Assembly (NCBI GenBank): GCA_963824165.1
Contig: CAWGOM010000017.1
Span: forward strand, 153,278-217,277
Reading direction: 5' to 3'
Origin: an uncultured Acidobacteriota bacterium
GTDB lineage: Bacteria; Acidobacteriota; Thermoanaerobaculia; UBA5066; Gp7-AA6
DNA length: 64,000 nucleotides
The translations under genes were made by a program, and so were the position numbers. Below are positions 32,208 to 42,025 of the stretch, piece by piece; the stretch's first letter is position 1, and every line of letters begins with the position of its first letter. The notes under the pieces were generated by a model that worked only from the letters and a program-made list of their open reading frames with translations, searched no databases and was not told the origin of the DNA.

Positions 32208-33037
32208 CCGTTCTCGAAGTCCTCCTGCCGGCGTTCGTCGCGGGCCTCATCCTCACCGGCATCCACGCGTACCTCGGCGTGCACGTCGTCGAGCGCGGGG
32301 TCATCTTCGTCGACCTGTCGCTCGCGCAGATCGCCGCGCTCGGAACGACCGTCGCGTTCCTCGCCGGCTTCGAGGCCCACTCGGAGCTCGGCCACCTCTT
32401 CGCCCTCGCCTTCACGCTCGTGGGCGCCGCCATCTTCGCGTTCGTCCGCCCCCACAACCGGACGCGCGTGCCGCAGGAGGCGGTCATCGGGATCGTGTAC
32501 GCGGTCGCCGCCGCGGCCTCGATCCTGGTGATGTCCAAGTCGACCCGGGAGACCGAGCACCTCAAGGACATGCTCGTCGGCAACATCCTGTCCGTATCGT
32601 GGGCGGAGCTGCGGCACACCGCCGTCCTCTACGCGCTCATCGGCCTCTTTCACTTCTTCCTGCGGCGGCGTTTCCTGCTGATCTCCATGAACGAGCCCGA
32701 AGCCGTCCGGCAGAGCGTCCACGTTCGGTTCTGGGACTTTCTCTTCTACGTGTCCTTCGGCGTGGTCGTGACCTCATCGGTGCCGATCGCGGGCGTGCTC
32801 CTGGTGTTCTGCTACCTGATCGTGCCCTCGGTCACCGCGATGCTCTTCGCCGACCGCCTCGGTCCGCGGCTGGCGATCGGCTGGTCGATGGGGGCCGTCG
32901 TCTCGGCGACCGGGGTCGGGCTTTCGTACCTTCTCGACCTGCCGACCGGGGCGACGATCGTCGCCACCTTCGGCGCGGTGCTCGTGCTCCTGGCCGCGGT
33001 TCGCTGGGCCGTGCGGCCCCGGGCGGCGGCCGCCTAG
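32204..33037 (+). CDS. Zn/Mn ABC permease (ZnuB family)
   Basis: HAYLGVHVVERGVIFVDLSLAQIAALG; multi-TM; TTG overlaps the upstream stop. Confidence 0.88.
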   Translation: MTVLEVLLPAFVAGLILTGIHAYLGVHVVERGVIFVDLSLAQIAALGTTVAFLAGFEAHSELGHLFALAFTLVGAAIFAFVRPHNRTRVPQEAVIGIVYAVAAAASILVMSKSTRETEHLKDMLVGNILSVSWAELRHTAVLYALIGLFHFFLRRRFLLISMNEPEAVRQSVHVRFWDFLFYVSFGVVVTSSVPIAGVLLVFCYLIVPSVTAMLFADRLGPRLAIGWSMGAVVSATGVGLSYLLDLPTGATIVATFGAVLVLLAAVRWAVRPRAAAA

Positions 33038-33972
33038 CCGCGGCCCGCGAAGTACTCCCGCGTCGACGCGATGTCGCGCTGGATCTGCGCCTTCAGCTCC
33101 ATCACCGACGGAAACTTGCGTTCCTCCCTCAGGCGATCGAGGAAGAAGAGCCGCACCTTCTCCCCGTAGACGTCGGAGGAGAAGTCGAGGACGAAGGTCT
33201 CGATCGTCGTCCGGTACTCCTCGTAGAGCGTGGGACGGCGGCCGATGTTCGTCACGCTGGGGAACCGGCGGCCGAAGGAGCGGATCTCGATCTCCGTCAC
33301 GTAGACGCCGTCCGACGGCGAGAGCTCGTTCTCGGGCTCGAGGTTGATGGTCGGCACGCCGATCTGGTGGCCCACCCGGTCGCCCCGGGACACGAGGCCG
33401 TCGAGCTCGTAGCTGCGGCCGAGCATCGCGTTGGCCTCCGGGATGGCGCCGCGTTCGAGCGCCCGGCGCACGCGGGTCGACGAGACGGGTTCCCCGTCGT
33501 GGAGGACCTCGGGCACCGCCGAGGCGGCGAACCCGCACTCGGCGCCGAGACGCGAGAGCAGCGCCAGGTCGCCCCGCTTGCCGCGCCCGAAGGCGAAGTG
33601 GGCGCCGATGTAGAGCTCCGCGGCGCCGAGGCGCCGCGCGAGCAGCGTGCGCACGAAGTCCTCGGGCTCGGTCAACGAGAAGTCCCGGGTGAACGGAATG
33701 ACGAGCAGCGTGTCGATCCCGATCGCCTCGATCGTCTCTTCCTTCTGGCGCAGCGTCTGGATCCGCCGGGGCGCGCGGTCGGGCCGCAGGACGACCATGG
33801 GATGGGGCTCGAACGTGATCGCGAAGGAGGAACGCCCGGTCTCGCGGGCCCGCGCGACCACGGTCTCCAGGATCTTCCGGTGGCCGAGGTGGACGCCGTC
33901 GAAGTTGCCGATCGTGCCCACGCCGCCGCGCGGCAGGTCCGTCTGGCGGAGGGGGTCGCGAATGACCTGCAT
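33034..33972 (-). CDS. ribF: Bifunctional riboflavin kinase/FAD synthetase
   Basis: IGNFDGVHLGH, TFEPHP, VSSTRVR, IGVPTINL, TNIGRRPT, LREERKF. Confidence 0.95.
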   Translation of the reverse strand: MQVIRDPLRQTDLPRGGVGTIGNFDGVHLGHRKILETVVARARETGRSSFAITFEPHPMVVLRPDRAPRRIQTLRQKEETIEAIGIDTLLVIPFTRDFSLTEPEDFVRTLLARRLGAAELYIGAHFAFGRGKRGDLALLSRLGAECGFAASAVPEVLHDGEPVSSTRVRRALERGAIPEANAMLGRSYELDGLVSRGDRVGHQIGVPTINLEPENELSPSDGVYVTEIEIRSFGRRFPSVTNIGRRPTLYEEYRTTIETFVLDFSSDVYGEKVRLFFLDRLREERKFPSVMELKAQIQRDIASTREYFAGRG

Positions 33973-34000
33973 CGAGGAAGTCAACGGCCGACGGTCCGCT

Positions 34001-35350
34001 TCATCCGACGACGGCGCCCGTCACGTCGTAGTCGAACGTCTTCTCGATCCTCACCCGCACGATGTCGCCCGGGAAGAGCGTCCGGCCTCCGGTGTCCGTG
34101 ATCAGCAGTCGCCCGTCGATCTCGGGGGCCTGGGAACGCAGGCGGCCGTCGAGGAGGTACTCGTGCTCCTCCGACGGGCCTTCCACGATCGCCTCGACCT
34201 CCTGCCCCCGAAGCGCGCGCAGCTTGCCCCGGGCGATCGGCTGCTGGAGAGAGAGGAGAAAGTCCTTCCGGCGCTCCTTCTCTTCCACGGGCACCGGGTC
34301 GCCGAGGGACTCGGAGCCCGAGCCCGGCTCGGGCGAGTAGGTGAAGGCCCCGAGGTTGTCGAACAGGGCCTCTCGCACGAACTGGCAGAGCTCTTCGAAC
34401 TCCGCTTCCCCTTCCCCGGGAAAGCCCAGGATGAAGGTCGTCCGGATGGCGATCTCCGGCGTCTTCTCGCGCATCCGCTCGATCATGCGCAGATAAGACT
34501 TCGAGTCTCCTCCCCGGCGCATCGCCGACAGGATCGGCCGCGCCACGTGCTGGAGCGGGATGTCGACGTAGGGCAGGAACCGCGGCTCACCCGCCATGAC
34601 GTCCAGGATCGAATCGTCGAGGGTCTTCGGGTACGCGTACAGGAACCGGATCCACGGGAAGCCCGTTCCGGCCGCGAGAGCCTCCACGAGTCGCGCCAGT
34701 CCCGCTCGCCCCATCCCGAGATCCTCGCCGTAGCGAGTCGTGTCCTGCGAGATCAGGACGAGCTCCGAGACCCCCTGAGCCTCGAGCGACTTCGCCTCGG
34801 CCACGAGCGACTCGACCGTGCGGCTCCTCTGAAGGCCGCGCATCTGCGGAATCGTGCAGAACGTGCAGGGATTGTCGCAGCCCTCCCCGACCTTGAGATA
34901 CGCATAGCCGCGCCGGCGCGACAGCACCCGCGGCGCGAGCTCGTCGTAGAGCCGGGTCGCGAGCGGCTTCTCGGTAAAGCGCGGCAGCGTCGCGAGGCCT
35001 GCGGCCGCCGCTGGAGCGTTCTCGAGCTCGTCCAGGCCGACGAAGGCGTCGACCTCGGGAATCTCCGAGGAGAGCTCGCGGCCGTACTTCTGCACCATGC
35101 ACCCCGCGACGATCACCCGGTCGATCTCGCCCTTCTTCTTGCGCTCGACCTGCTCGAGGATCGTCTCGACGGACTCTTCCTTGGCGCGGTCGATGAAGCC
35201 GCAGGTGTTCACCAGGACGACCCGGGCCTCCCCGTCCGGCACGATCGCGTGGCCCGCCCGCTGCAGGTGCCCGAGCATGACCTCGGTGTCGACGAGGTTC
35301 TTCGGGCAGCCGAGCGAGACGACGCCGACCGAGGGCAGCGCCTTCGTCAC
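34001..35350 (-). CDS. rimO: Ribosomal protein S12 methylthiotransferase
   Basis: SLGCPKNLVD, VNTCGFIDRAKEES, GEGCDNPCTFCTIP radical SAM motif, YVDIPLQH, TRAM domain with APEIDG. Confidence 0.95.
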   Translation of the reverse strand: MTKALPSVGVVSLGCPKNLVDTEVMLGHLQRAGHAIVPDGEARVVLVNTCGFIDRAKEESVETILEQVERKKKGEIDRVIVAGCMVQKYGRELSSEIPEVDAFVGLDELENAPAAAAGLATLPRFTEKPLATRLYDELAPRVLSRRRGYAYLKVGEGCDNPCTFCTIPQMRGLQRSRTVESLVAEAKSLEAQGVSELVLISQDTTRYGEDLGMGRAGLARLVEALAAGTGFPWIRFLYAYPKTLDDSILDVMAGEPRFLPYVDIPLQHVARPILSAMRRGGDSKSYLRMIERMREKTPEIAIRTTFILGFPGEGEAEFEELCQFVREALFDNLGAFTYSPEPGSGSESLGDPVPVEEKERRKDFLLSLQQPIARGKLRALRGQEVEAIVEGPSEEHEYLLDGRLRSQAPEIDGRLLITDTGGRTLFPGDIVRVRIEKTFDYDVTGAVVG

Positions 35351-35754
35351 TCGGGCTCCACGAGCTTCAGGCCGTCGAAGTAGCTCCGGTAAAAGCCACG
35401 GTCGCGCGTCAGAAGGCGGTCCGCCTGAAGACGCGCATGGGCTCCGATCAGGAAATCCGCCAGAGGCCTCCTTGTCCGGCGGGCCACGCGCGCATCCTGG
35501 CGCGCCTGCAGCCGGCCGGCCTCGACCGCCGCCTCCTCGCGGATCGGATCGTACTGGATGCCGACGTTCCGGACCCACGCCGCCGGGTCGCGGGACGGCT
35601 CGAACCCTCGCGTCAGCTCCGCCAGGACGACGTCGCAGATGACGAGGTCTCCCTTGGCGCCGAACTCATCGAGCGCTCGCGCAGCGCCGCGGGCCCGGTC
35701 GAGGTCTCCGGCTCCGAGATCGATGAGAACGTTGGCGTCGACGGCCGTGATCAC
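35347..35754 (-). CDS. PIN-domain (VapC-family) toxin
   Basis: VDANVLID, VVLAEL, LADFLIGAHA, LLTRDRGFY; coupled to the antitoxin and to rimO by GTGA overlaps. Confidence 0.88.
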   Translation of the reverse strand: MITAVDANVLIDLGAGDLDRARGAARALDEFGAKGDLVICDVVLAELTRGFEPSRDPAAWVRNVGIQYDPIREEAAVEAGRLQARQDARVARRTRRPLADFLIGAHARLQADRLLTRDRGFYRSYFDGLKLVEPE

Positions 35755-36104
35755 CGCCTCCGCCTGTTCGGTTTCGCCGGCGGCCGCCGTCCTTCGATCT
35801 CCTCGTACGAGCCGCCTCGAACGTAGTCGATGTATGCGTCGACCGTCTTCGGAATGCCCTTCGGCCAGCGCCACACGCCCTTGAGGGAGCCGATCGCGTC
35901 CCAGACCGGATGCCGCTCGGGCCGGCGCCGGCGCATCAGGGCCTCGCCCTCCCTCACCTCGAACTCCACCTTCGTGCCGGGAAGGAGGCCGCACCTCTCC
36001 CGAACGCTCTTCGGGATCGTGATCTGCCCCTTGGACGAGACCGTGCCCCCGGCCGCGCCGTAGGGCGCGCCGGTCTCCCGGATCCCGGTCGTCCGCTTCT
36101 TCAT
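35751..36104 (-). CDS. AbrB/MazE/SpoVT-family antitoxin
   Basis: TVSSKGQITIPKSVRERCGLLPGTKVEFEV. Confidence 0.88.
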   Translation of the reverse strand: MKKRTTGIRETGAPYGAAGGTVSSKGQITIPKSVRERCGLLPGTKVEFEVREGEALMRRRRPERHPVWDAIGSLKGVWRWPKGIPKTVDAYIDYVRGGSYEEIEGRRPPAKPNRRRR

Positions 36105-36141
36105 ACCGGCAGGGTAAAGAAGTAAAGCGTGAAAGTAAAGC

Positions 36142-37434
36142 CTAGGGATAGATCCGCTTGAGCGTGCGCGGGTACGGAATCGCCTCGCGCAGGTGATGGA
36201 TCCCGCACACCCAGGCGACCAGGCGCTCGAGGCCCATGCCGAAGCCCGCGTGCGGGAAGGTGCCGTAGCGCCGCACGTCGAGGTACCACTCGTACGCCTC
36301 GCGCGGCAGCTTGTGCTCCTCGAGGCGCTTCTCGAGGAGGGCGAGATCGTGGATGCGTTGCGAGCCGCCGATGATCTCGCCGTAGCCCTCGGGGGCGAGC
36401 ATGTCGAGGCCGAGCACGACCTCCGGATCCTGCGGGTCGGGCTGCATGTAGAACGACTTGATGGCGACCGGAAAGCGCGAAACGATGAGCGGCTTCTCCG
36501 AGTCGGCGCAGAGGGCCGTCTCCTCGTCGGCGCCGAGGTCGTCGCCGAACTTCACCGGGAAGCCCTTGCCCTGGAGGGCCGCGATCCCGTCGCGATAGGT
36601 GATCCGCGGGAAGGGCTTCACGATCTTCTCGAGCTTCGCCGTGTCGCGCTCCAGGCGCTTCAGGTCCTCGCGCGAGCGGTCGAGCGCCCGCCCGACGAGG
36701 TAGACGATGAAGTCCTCGGCCAGCTCGCAGAGGCCCTCGAACTCCAGGAACGCGACCTCCGGCTCGACCATCCAGAACTCGGTCAGGTGCCGCCGCGTCT
36801 TCGACTTCTCGGCCCGAAACGTCGGCCCGAAACAGTAGACCTTGCCGAAGGCCGCGGCCGCCGGCTCGAGGTACAGCTGCCCCGACTGCGACAGGTACGC
36901 CTTGTCGCCGAAGTAGTCCGTCTCGAAGAGCGTCGAGGTCCCCTCGACCGAGGAGCCCGTCAGGATCGGCGAGTCGATGCGGACGTACTCGCGCTCGTAG
37001 AAGAAGTCGGCGATCCCCTGCTCCATCTCCGAGCGCACCCGCAACACCGCGTGCTGCTGCGAGGAGCGCATCCAGAGGTGGCGCAGGTTCATCAGGAAGT
37101 CGACGCCGTGCTCCTTGGGCGAGATCGGATAATCGGGCGAGGCGCCGAGGATGACGACCCGCGAACCCGACATCTCGTAGCCGCCGGGCGCGCGTTTCTC
37201 TTCCCGCACCGCGCCCTCGACCTCGAGGGAGCACTCCTGGGTCGCCTTCTCCGCGGCCTCCCAGACCTCCGCCGGGACGTCGGCCTTCGGCACGACCACC
37301 TGGACGTAACCGGTCCCGTCGCGCACGATCAGGAACTGGAGCTTGCCGGAGGAGCGCTTGTTGTAGAGCCAGCCCTTCACGACGGCCGTGCCGCCGGCCT
37401 TCGAGCCGAGCTTCGAGATCGAGGTCGCTTCCAT
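36142..37434 (-). CDS. asnS: Asparagine--tRNA ligase
   Basis: GWLYNKRSSGKLQF..RDGTG, RHLWMRS, YLSQSGQLY, FGPTFRAEKSKTRRHLTEFWMVEPE, PHAGFGMGLER. Confidence 0.95.
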   Translation of the reverse strand: MEATSISKLGSKAGGTAVVKGWLYNKRSSGKLQFLIVRDGTGYVQVVVPKADVPAEVWEAAEKATQECSLEVEGAVREEKRAPGGYEMSGSRVVILGASPDYPISPKEHGVDFLMNLRHLWMRSSQQHAVLRVRSEMEQGIADFFYEREYVRIDSPILTGSSVEGTSTLFETDYFGDKAYLSQSGQLYLEPAAAAFGKVYCFGPTFRAEKSKTRRHLTEFWMVEPEVAFLEFEGLCELAEDFIVYLVGRALDRSREDLKRLERDTAKLEKIVKPFPRITYRDGIAALQGKGFPVKFGDDLGADEETALCADSEKPLIVSRFPVAIKSFYMQPDPQDPEVVLGLDMLAPEGYGEIIGGSQRIHDLALLEKRLEEHKLPREAYEWYLDVRRYGTFPHAGFGMGLERLVAWVCGIHHLREAIPYPRTLKRIYP

Positions 37435-37496
37435 GCGGGCGCGGATTATACGGGCAAAGCAGACGCCGTCCGCGAACCGTATACTCCCCGCCAAAC

Positions 37497-39176
37497 ATGC
37501 GCTGGTTGCCTCGGCTCTTCTGGGCGGCGGCCTTCGCCATTCCCCTCGCCGTCTTCGCGATCAAGCCCCGCTACGTGGGCAGCGGCGACACGGTCCCCGC
37601 GGAGCAACTCCCGATCTCGCTGCTCGAGGACGGGACGTTGACGTTTCGCCAAAACCTCCAGAGGGCGTGGCTGCCGTACTGGTTTCACTCGACCGACCGG
37701 GGCATCGTGTCCAGCTACCCGATTCTTCCCGGCCTGCTCAACGTGCCGGCGTTCGCGGCGGCGAGGCTCGCCGGCCGCGACCTCACGGCCCATCGCTTTG
37801 AGCTCTCGCACGCGACCGCCGCGGTCGTCGCGGCGCTCTCGGTCGCGTTCGTGTACGGCATCCTCCTGCATCTGCTGGGCTCGCGGTGGCGCGCGCTCGC
37901 CTTCGCTTTCCTCTACGCGTTCGCCACCGAAGTCTGGAGCGTGGCCAGCCGAGGGCTCTATCAGCACGGGCCGGCGCTGATGTTTCTGTCCGCCGGCCTG
38001 TACTTTCTTCTGCGCGGCGGGACGCGGTCCACGTTGCTCGCGGGTGTGACCCTCGCGCTGGCCGCCTTCGCGCGGCCGACGGCTGCCGGCCTCGTGATCC
38101 CCCTGGTCTTCTACGCGGTCGTCCGAGACCGGCGCGCGGTCTGGAAGCTCGCCGCGGGCGCGGCCCTCCCGGCGATGCTGCACGGAGCGTACGCGTGGCG
38201 GTTCTGGGGAACCCCGTTCTCCACGGCGCAGCCGCTGGGGCCCGCGAATTTCTCCGGGCACTTCTTCCAGGGGCTCGCGGGGATCCTCGTGAGCCCCTCG
38301 CGAGGTCTGCTGGTGTTCAGCCCGGTCTTTTTCCTGGCGCTTCCCGCCCTGGTGAGCGCCTTCGGCCCGGCCGCGCGTCCTCCCCGCGCGCTGACCCGGG
38401 CGCTCGCCTGGGGCGTTCTCCTGACGCTGCTCGTCTATGCCCGGTGGCCGATCTGGTGGGGAGGCCACTCGTTCGGATACCGCCTCCTGCTGGAGCTGAG
38501 CCTGCCGCTCACGCTCCTGCTCGCGCTGGACTGGGATCGGATCCGCGCCAGCCGCGTGGCCAGCGCGGTGTTCGCCGTTACCCTGCCGCTTTCGGTCGGC
38601 ATCCAGGCGCTGGGCTCGTACGCCTATCCGACGAGTTTCAACAGCACCGTCGACCAGGACTCGGCCCGCCTCTGGGACGCCGCGGACTCCGAGCTCGTGC
38701 TCTGCTTCCGGAAGATGTTCGGAATCCGCGCCGTGCGCCCCGACTCCGCGCTCGCGACGCAGCTTCGCAGCGTTTCGACCCCCGCCCCGCTGTGGTGGTC
38801 CGGCGTCACCGACAGCGGAGGCCTCCCCGGTTCGCTGGACATTCCCGCCCCGCAGGCCGTGATCCGCGGGCCGCTGACCGTCCTCGGCTGGGCCAAACCG
38901 GGGTTCGACGACCCCGGCGAGATCGTCGTGTCGCTCAACCCGGGAGCGCGGCGGCTCTTCCCGGATCGCTTCGCGCGGCCCGACGTGGGCGCGGCGGCGC
39001 CCCATCTGGGCGACGTGTCCGCGGCCGGCTTCGGCCTGCGCGTGGAGCCGCCCGCCCGGCTGGAAGCCGGTTCGCTCCTCGTCGAAGTCCGCGACCGGCG
39101 CGGAAAAGTCAGCCGAATGGGCCCGGTGAGCTTCGTCTGGGGCCCGCCGCGGACGACGGCGGGCGCGCTCCCCTAG
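37497..39176 (+). CDS. Multi-TM GT-C-like membrane protein with extracytoplasmic C-terminal domain
   Basis: About 10 TM segments; GDT..E luminal motif; ASRGLYQHG, PSRGLLVFSP, WWGGHSFGYR; Ig-like tail with RPDV. Confidence 0.65.
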   Translation: MRWLPRLFWAAAFAIPLAVFAIKPRYVGSGDTVPAEQLPISLLEDGTLTFRQNLQRAWLPYWFHSTDRGIVSSYPILPGLLNVPAFAAARLAGRDLTAHRFELSHATAAVVAALSVAFVYGILLHLLGSRWRALAFAFLYAFATEVWSVASRGLYQHGPALMFLSAGLYFLLRGGTRSTLLAGVTLALAAFARPTAAGLVIPLVFYAVVRDRRAVWKLAAGAALPAMLHGAYAWRFWGTPFSTAQPLGPANFSGHFFQGLAGILVSPSRGLLVFSPVFFLALPALVSAFGPAARPPRALTRALAWGVLLTLLVYARWPIWWGGHSFGYRLLLELSLPLTLLLALDWDRIRASRVASAVFAVTLPLSVGIQALGSYAYPTSFNSTVDQDSARLWDAADSELVLCFRKMFGIRAVRPDSALATQLRSVSTPAPLWWSGVTDSGGLPGSLDIPAPQAVIRGPLTVLGWAKPGFDDPGEIVVSLNPGARRLFPDRFARPDVGAAAPHLGDVSAAGFGLRVEPPARLEAGSLLVEVRDRRGKVSRMGPVSFVWGPPRTTAGALP

Positions 39177-39190
39177 CGGTGCCCCGGGGC

Positions 39191-39457
39191 TCAGCGCAGC
39201 CGCTGTCGGGCGCCGTTGGCGATCGTCAGCGCCTGCTGGAGCCGCTGCATCCGCCGGTGCCGCTTCTGCGTCGCCTCGACGTCTCCGGTCGGGGGCACGT
39301 TCCCGCGGATCTCGCGCAAGAGCTTGTCCGCCTCGACGCCGAAGGCCTGGAAGTCGCCCATCTGGAACTTCCGAAACGTCAGCTCCGTCGCGATGACGTA
39401 CCCGTCGGCGACGTCGCGGACCATGGCGTACGCGGACCCGCCGAGAAACGCGCTCAT
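39191..39457 (-). CDS. Small hypothetical protein, 88 aa
   Basis: Intact ORF; TACACT -10 box 9 nt upstream. Confidence 0.65.
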   Translation of the reverse strand: MSAFLGGSAYAMVRDVADGYVIATELTFRKFQMGDFQAFGVEADKLLREIRGNVPPTGDVEATQKRHRRMQRLQQALTIANGARQRLR

Positions 39458-39558
39458 GCCGGCGAAAGTGTAACCCCGACAGGACGCGGGCGCCGAGCGC
39501 CGCTTCCCCGGAGGGGGCCTGCCGGGATAGGATTTCGCCCTTTGCGGGAGGGCTCAAC

Positions 39559-40750
39559 TTGGCTTCGCACGCGGACTATCTCGATTTCGACGGCCTCCTG
39601 ACCGAGGACCAGCGCCTCGTCCGGGACACCGTGGGCTCCTGGGTCGACGACAAGGTCCTCCCCATCATCGAAGAGGCCGCCTGGGAAGGGCGCTTCCCGC
39701 GGGAGCTCGTCCCGGAGATGGCCGCGATGAGCCTCTTCGGCTCGACGATCGCCGAGTACGGGCTGCCCGGTCTCGACAACGTCGCCTACGGCCTGATCAT
39801 GCAGGAGCTCGAGCGCGGCGACTCGGGCCTGCGCTCGTTCGTGTCGGTGCAGTCGGGCCTGGTGATGTACCCGATCTACGCCTTCGGCTCGAAGGCGCAG
39901 AAGGACAAGCTGGATCCCGCAGCTCGCCAAGGCCGAGGCGATCGGCTGCTTCGGCCTCACCGAGCCCGACTTCGGGTCGAACCCGGGCGGCATGCGCACG
40001 ACCGCGCCGAACGCGACGGCGACGCCTACGTCCTGAACGGCGCCAAGGCCTGGATCACCAACGGCTCGATCGCCGACGTCGCCGTCGTGTGGGCCGAACG
40101 CTCGACGGCGTCGTGCGCGGCTTCCTCGTCGAGAAGGGCAGCGAAGGGCTTCTCGACGGTCGAGCACAAGGGCAAGTATCTCGCTGCGCGCGTCGATCAC
40201 CTCGCAGCTCGTCTTCGAGGACTGCCGCATTCCGGCCGAGAACATGCTGCCCGGCGTCGAGGGCCTGAAGGGCCCGCTGCTCGTGCCTGACCCAGGCGCG
40301 CTACGGCATCGCGTGGGGCGCGCTCGGCGCGGCGATGGCCAGCTTACGACTGCCGCCCTCGACTACGCCAAGAGCCGCGATCCAGTTCAAGGACCGGCCG
40401 ATCGCCGCGCACCAGCTCGTCGCAGGAGCAAGCTGGTCTGGATGATCACGGAGATCACGCAAGGGCGCAGCTGCTGGCCTGCGCCTCGGCCGCCTGAAGG
40501 ACGACAGGACGAGTGAAGCCGCACGCAGGTCTCGCTGGCCAAGCGCAACAACGTCTGGGTCGCGCGCGAGTGCGCCAGGCTCGCGCGCGAGATCCTCGGC
40601 GCCAACGGCGTCGTCAACGAGTACCCGGTCATCCGGCACCTGCTGAACCTCGAGACCGTCTACACGTACGAGGGCACCCACGACATCCACACGCTGATCA
40701 TCGGCGAGGCCGTCACGGGCGTGGCGTCGTACAACCCGCCGATGGAATGA
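39559..40750 (+). CDS. Acyl-CoA dehydrogenase, glutaryl-CoA dehydrogenase-like (several frameshifts)
   Basis: [66 protein letters not shown] in shifting frames. Confidence 0.85.
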
Positions 40751-40753
40751 ATC

Positions 40754-40826
40754 AGTAAGCGGTAAGCCGTGAGCGACGGCGCGCCCGCCAGCCGGGCTTA
40801 CTGCTTACTGCTCACTGCTGACTGCC
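40754..40826. repeat. Heptamer-repeat palindrome, copy 2
   Basis: AGTAAGC GGTAAGC CGTGAGC ... GCTTACT GCTTACT GCTCACT GCTGACT. Confidence 0.75.
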
Positions 40827-40897
40827 CCTTCGGACCCGGCCGGAAATTACTGACTCCCAGTCTCTTGCGGTAAAATACCCAACTCGAGACACCGCCG

Positions 40898-42025
40898 TTG
40901 GGAATCACAGGCAACATCAAAACGATGCAGCTGGGAGAGCTGTTTCAGTGGCTCTCCCTCGGCTCGAAGACCGGCACGCTCCTGATCGACGGCCACGGCG
41001 TCGAGAAGCGCATCTACTTCCAGGACGGCCGCATCGCTTCGACTTCCTCCTCGGACCAGCGCGAGTACCTGGGCCACTTCCTCGTCTCGCACGGTTTCAT
41101 CACCGAGGAGGAGCTCAAGATGGCGATGGAGGTCCAGGAGGAGTCGCAGATCCTCCTGGGCAAGATCCTCGTGATGATCAACGCGATCGCCGAGGCCGAC
41201 CTGCTCCGTCTCATGCGCAAGAAGGCCGAGGAATCGATCTATGACGTCTTCCTCTGGACCGAGGGCAACTTCGAGTTCGTCGACGGCGACATGCCGGATC
41301 AGAAGATGGTGCCCCTCTCCCTCGACGTCACGGGGATCATCATGGAAGGGATGCGCCGCTACGACGAGTGGCAGCTCATCCGCCAGCGGGTCCCGGACTC
41401 GAGCGTCGTGCCGGACATCATCCGGCCCCTCGACATGGATTCGGTGGGTGACCGGGAGAAGCTGATCGTTCCCTACATCGACGGCCAGCGCTCGATCGAG
41501 GAGATCGCGCTGCAGACGCACAACGCCGAGTTCGTCGTCTCCAAGCTCGTCTCGGAGGGCCTGCGCACGGGGACGATGCGTCTGGCGGAGAAGCGGACGC
41601 AGCGGGCCGAGACTCCGGCGTTCGCGGCCGGCGCGAGCGAGGTCGACCACTTTCTCCAGCGGGGCCGTGCCCAGCTGAAGAACGATCCGCATGCCGCCTA
41701 CCGCATGTTCAAGGCGGCCCACGAGCTCGACCAGAGCGACGGCCGCACCACCGAGGCGCTCCGGGAGGCCGAGCGCGCGATCAAGGCCGCGCTCGACAAG
41801 GACGGCGTGTCCGTCGAGAAGGTGCCCGAGCTCGCCGTCCCGCTGGCGTCGCTGACGAAGCGCTCGTTCTCGCCCCACGAGGGCTTCGTGCTGTCGCGGA
41901 TCAACGGCCAGTGGGACGTCAAGTCGATCATGAAGATCTCGCCGATGAAGGAGCTCGAGGTCCTCGTCATCTTTCAGAAGCTCCTGAAGGACGGCGTGAT
42001 CCGCTGGAAGGGGAAGGCCGCGTGA
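40898..42025 (+). CDS. DUF4388 (PATAN-like) domain protein
   Basis: ITGNIKTMQLGELFQWL...KTGTL...RIYFQDGRI; YLGHFLV; LLGKILV; WTEGNFEF; C-terminal EGFVLSRING. Confidence 0.8.
   Translation: MGITGNIKTMQLGELFQWLSLGSKTGTLLIDGHGVEKRIYFQDGRIASTSSSDQREYLGHFLVSHGFITEEELKMAMEVQEESQILLGKILVMINAIAEADLLRLMRKKAEESIYDVFLWTEGNFEFVDGDMPDQKMVPLSLDVTGIIMEGMRRYDEWQLIRQRVPDSSVVPDIIRPLDMDSVGDREKLIVPYIDGQRSIEEIALQTHNAEFVVSKLVSEGLRTGTMRLAEKRTQRAETPAFAAGASEVDHFLQRGRAQLKNDPHAAYRMFKAAHELDQSDGRTTEALREAERAIKAALDKDGVSVEKVPELAVPLASLTKRSFSPHEGFVLSRINGQWDVKSIMKISPMKELEVLVIFQKLLKDGVIRWKGKAA

Noticed and set aside
36113-36141. Third copy of the heptamer palindrome
   Set aside because: Only direct GTAAAG repeats with irregular spacing and no complementary arm; more likely the TA promoter/operator.
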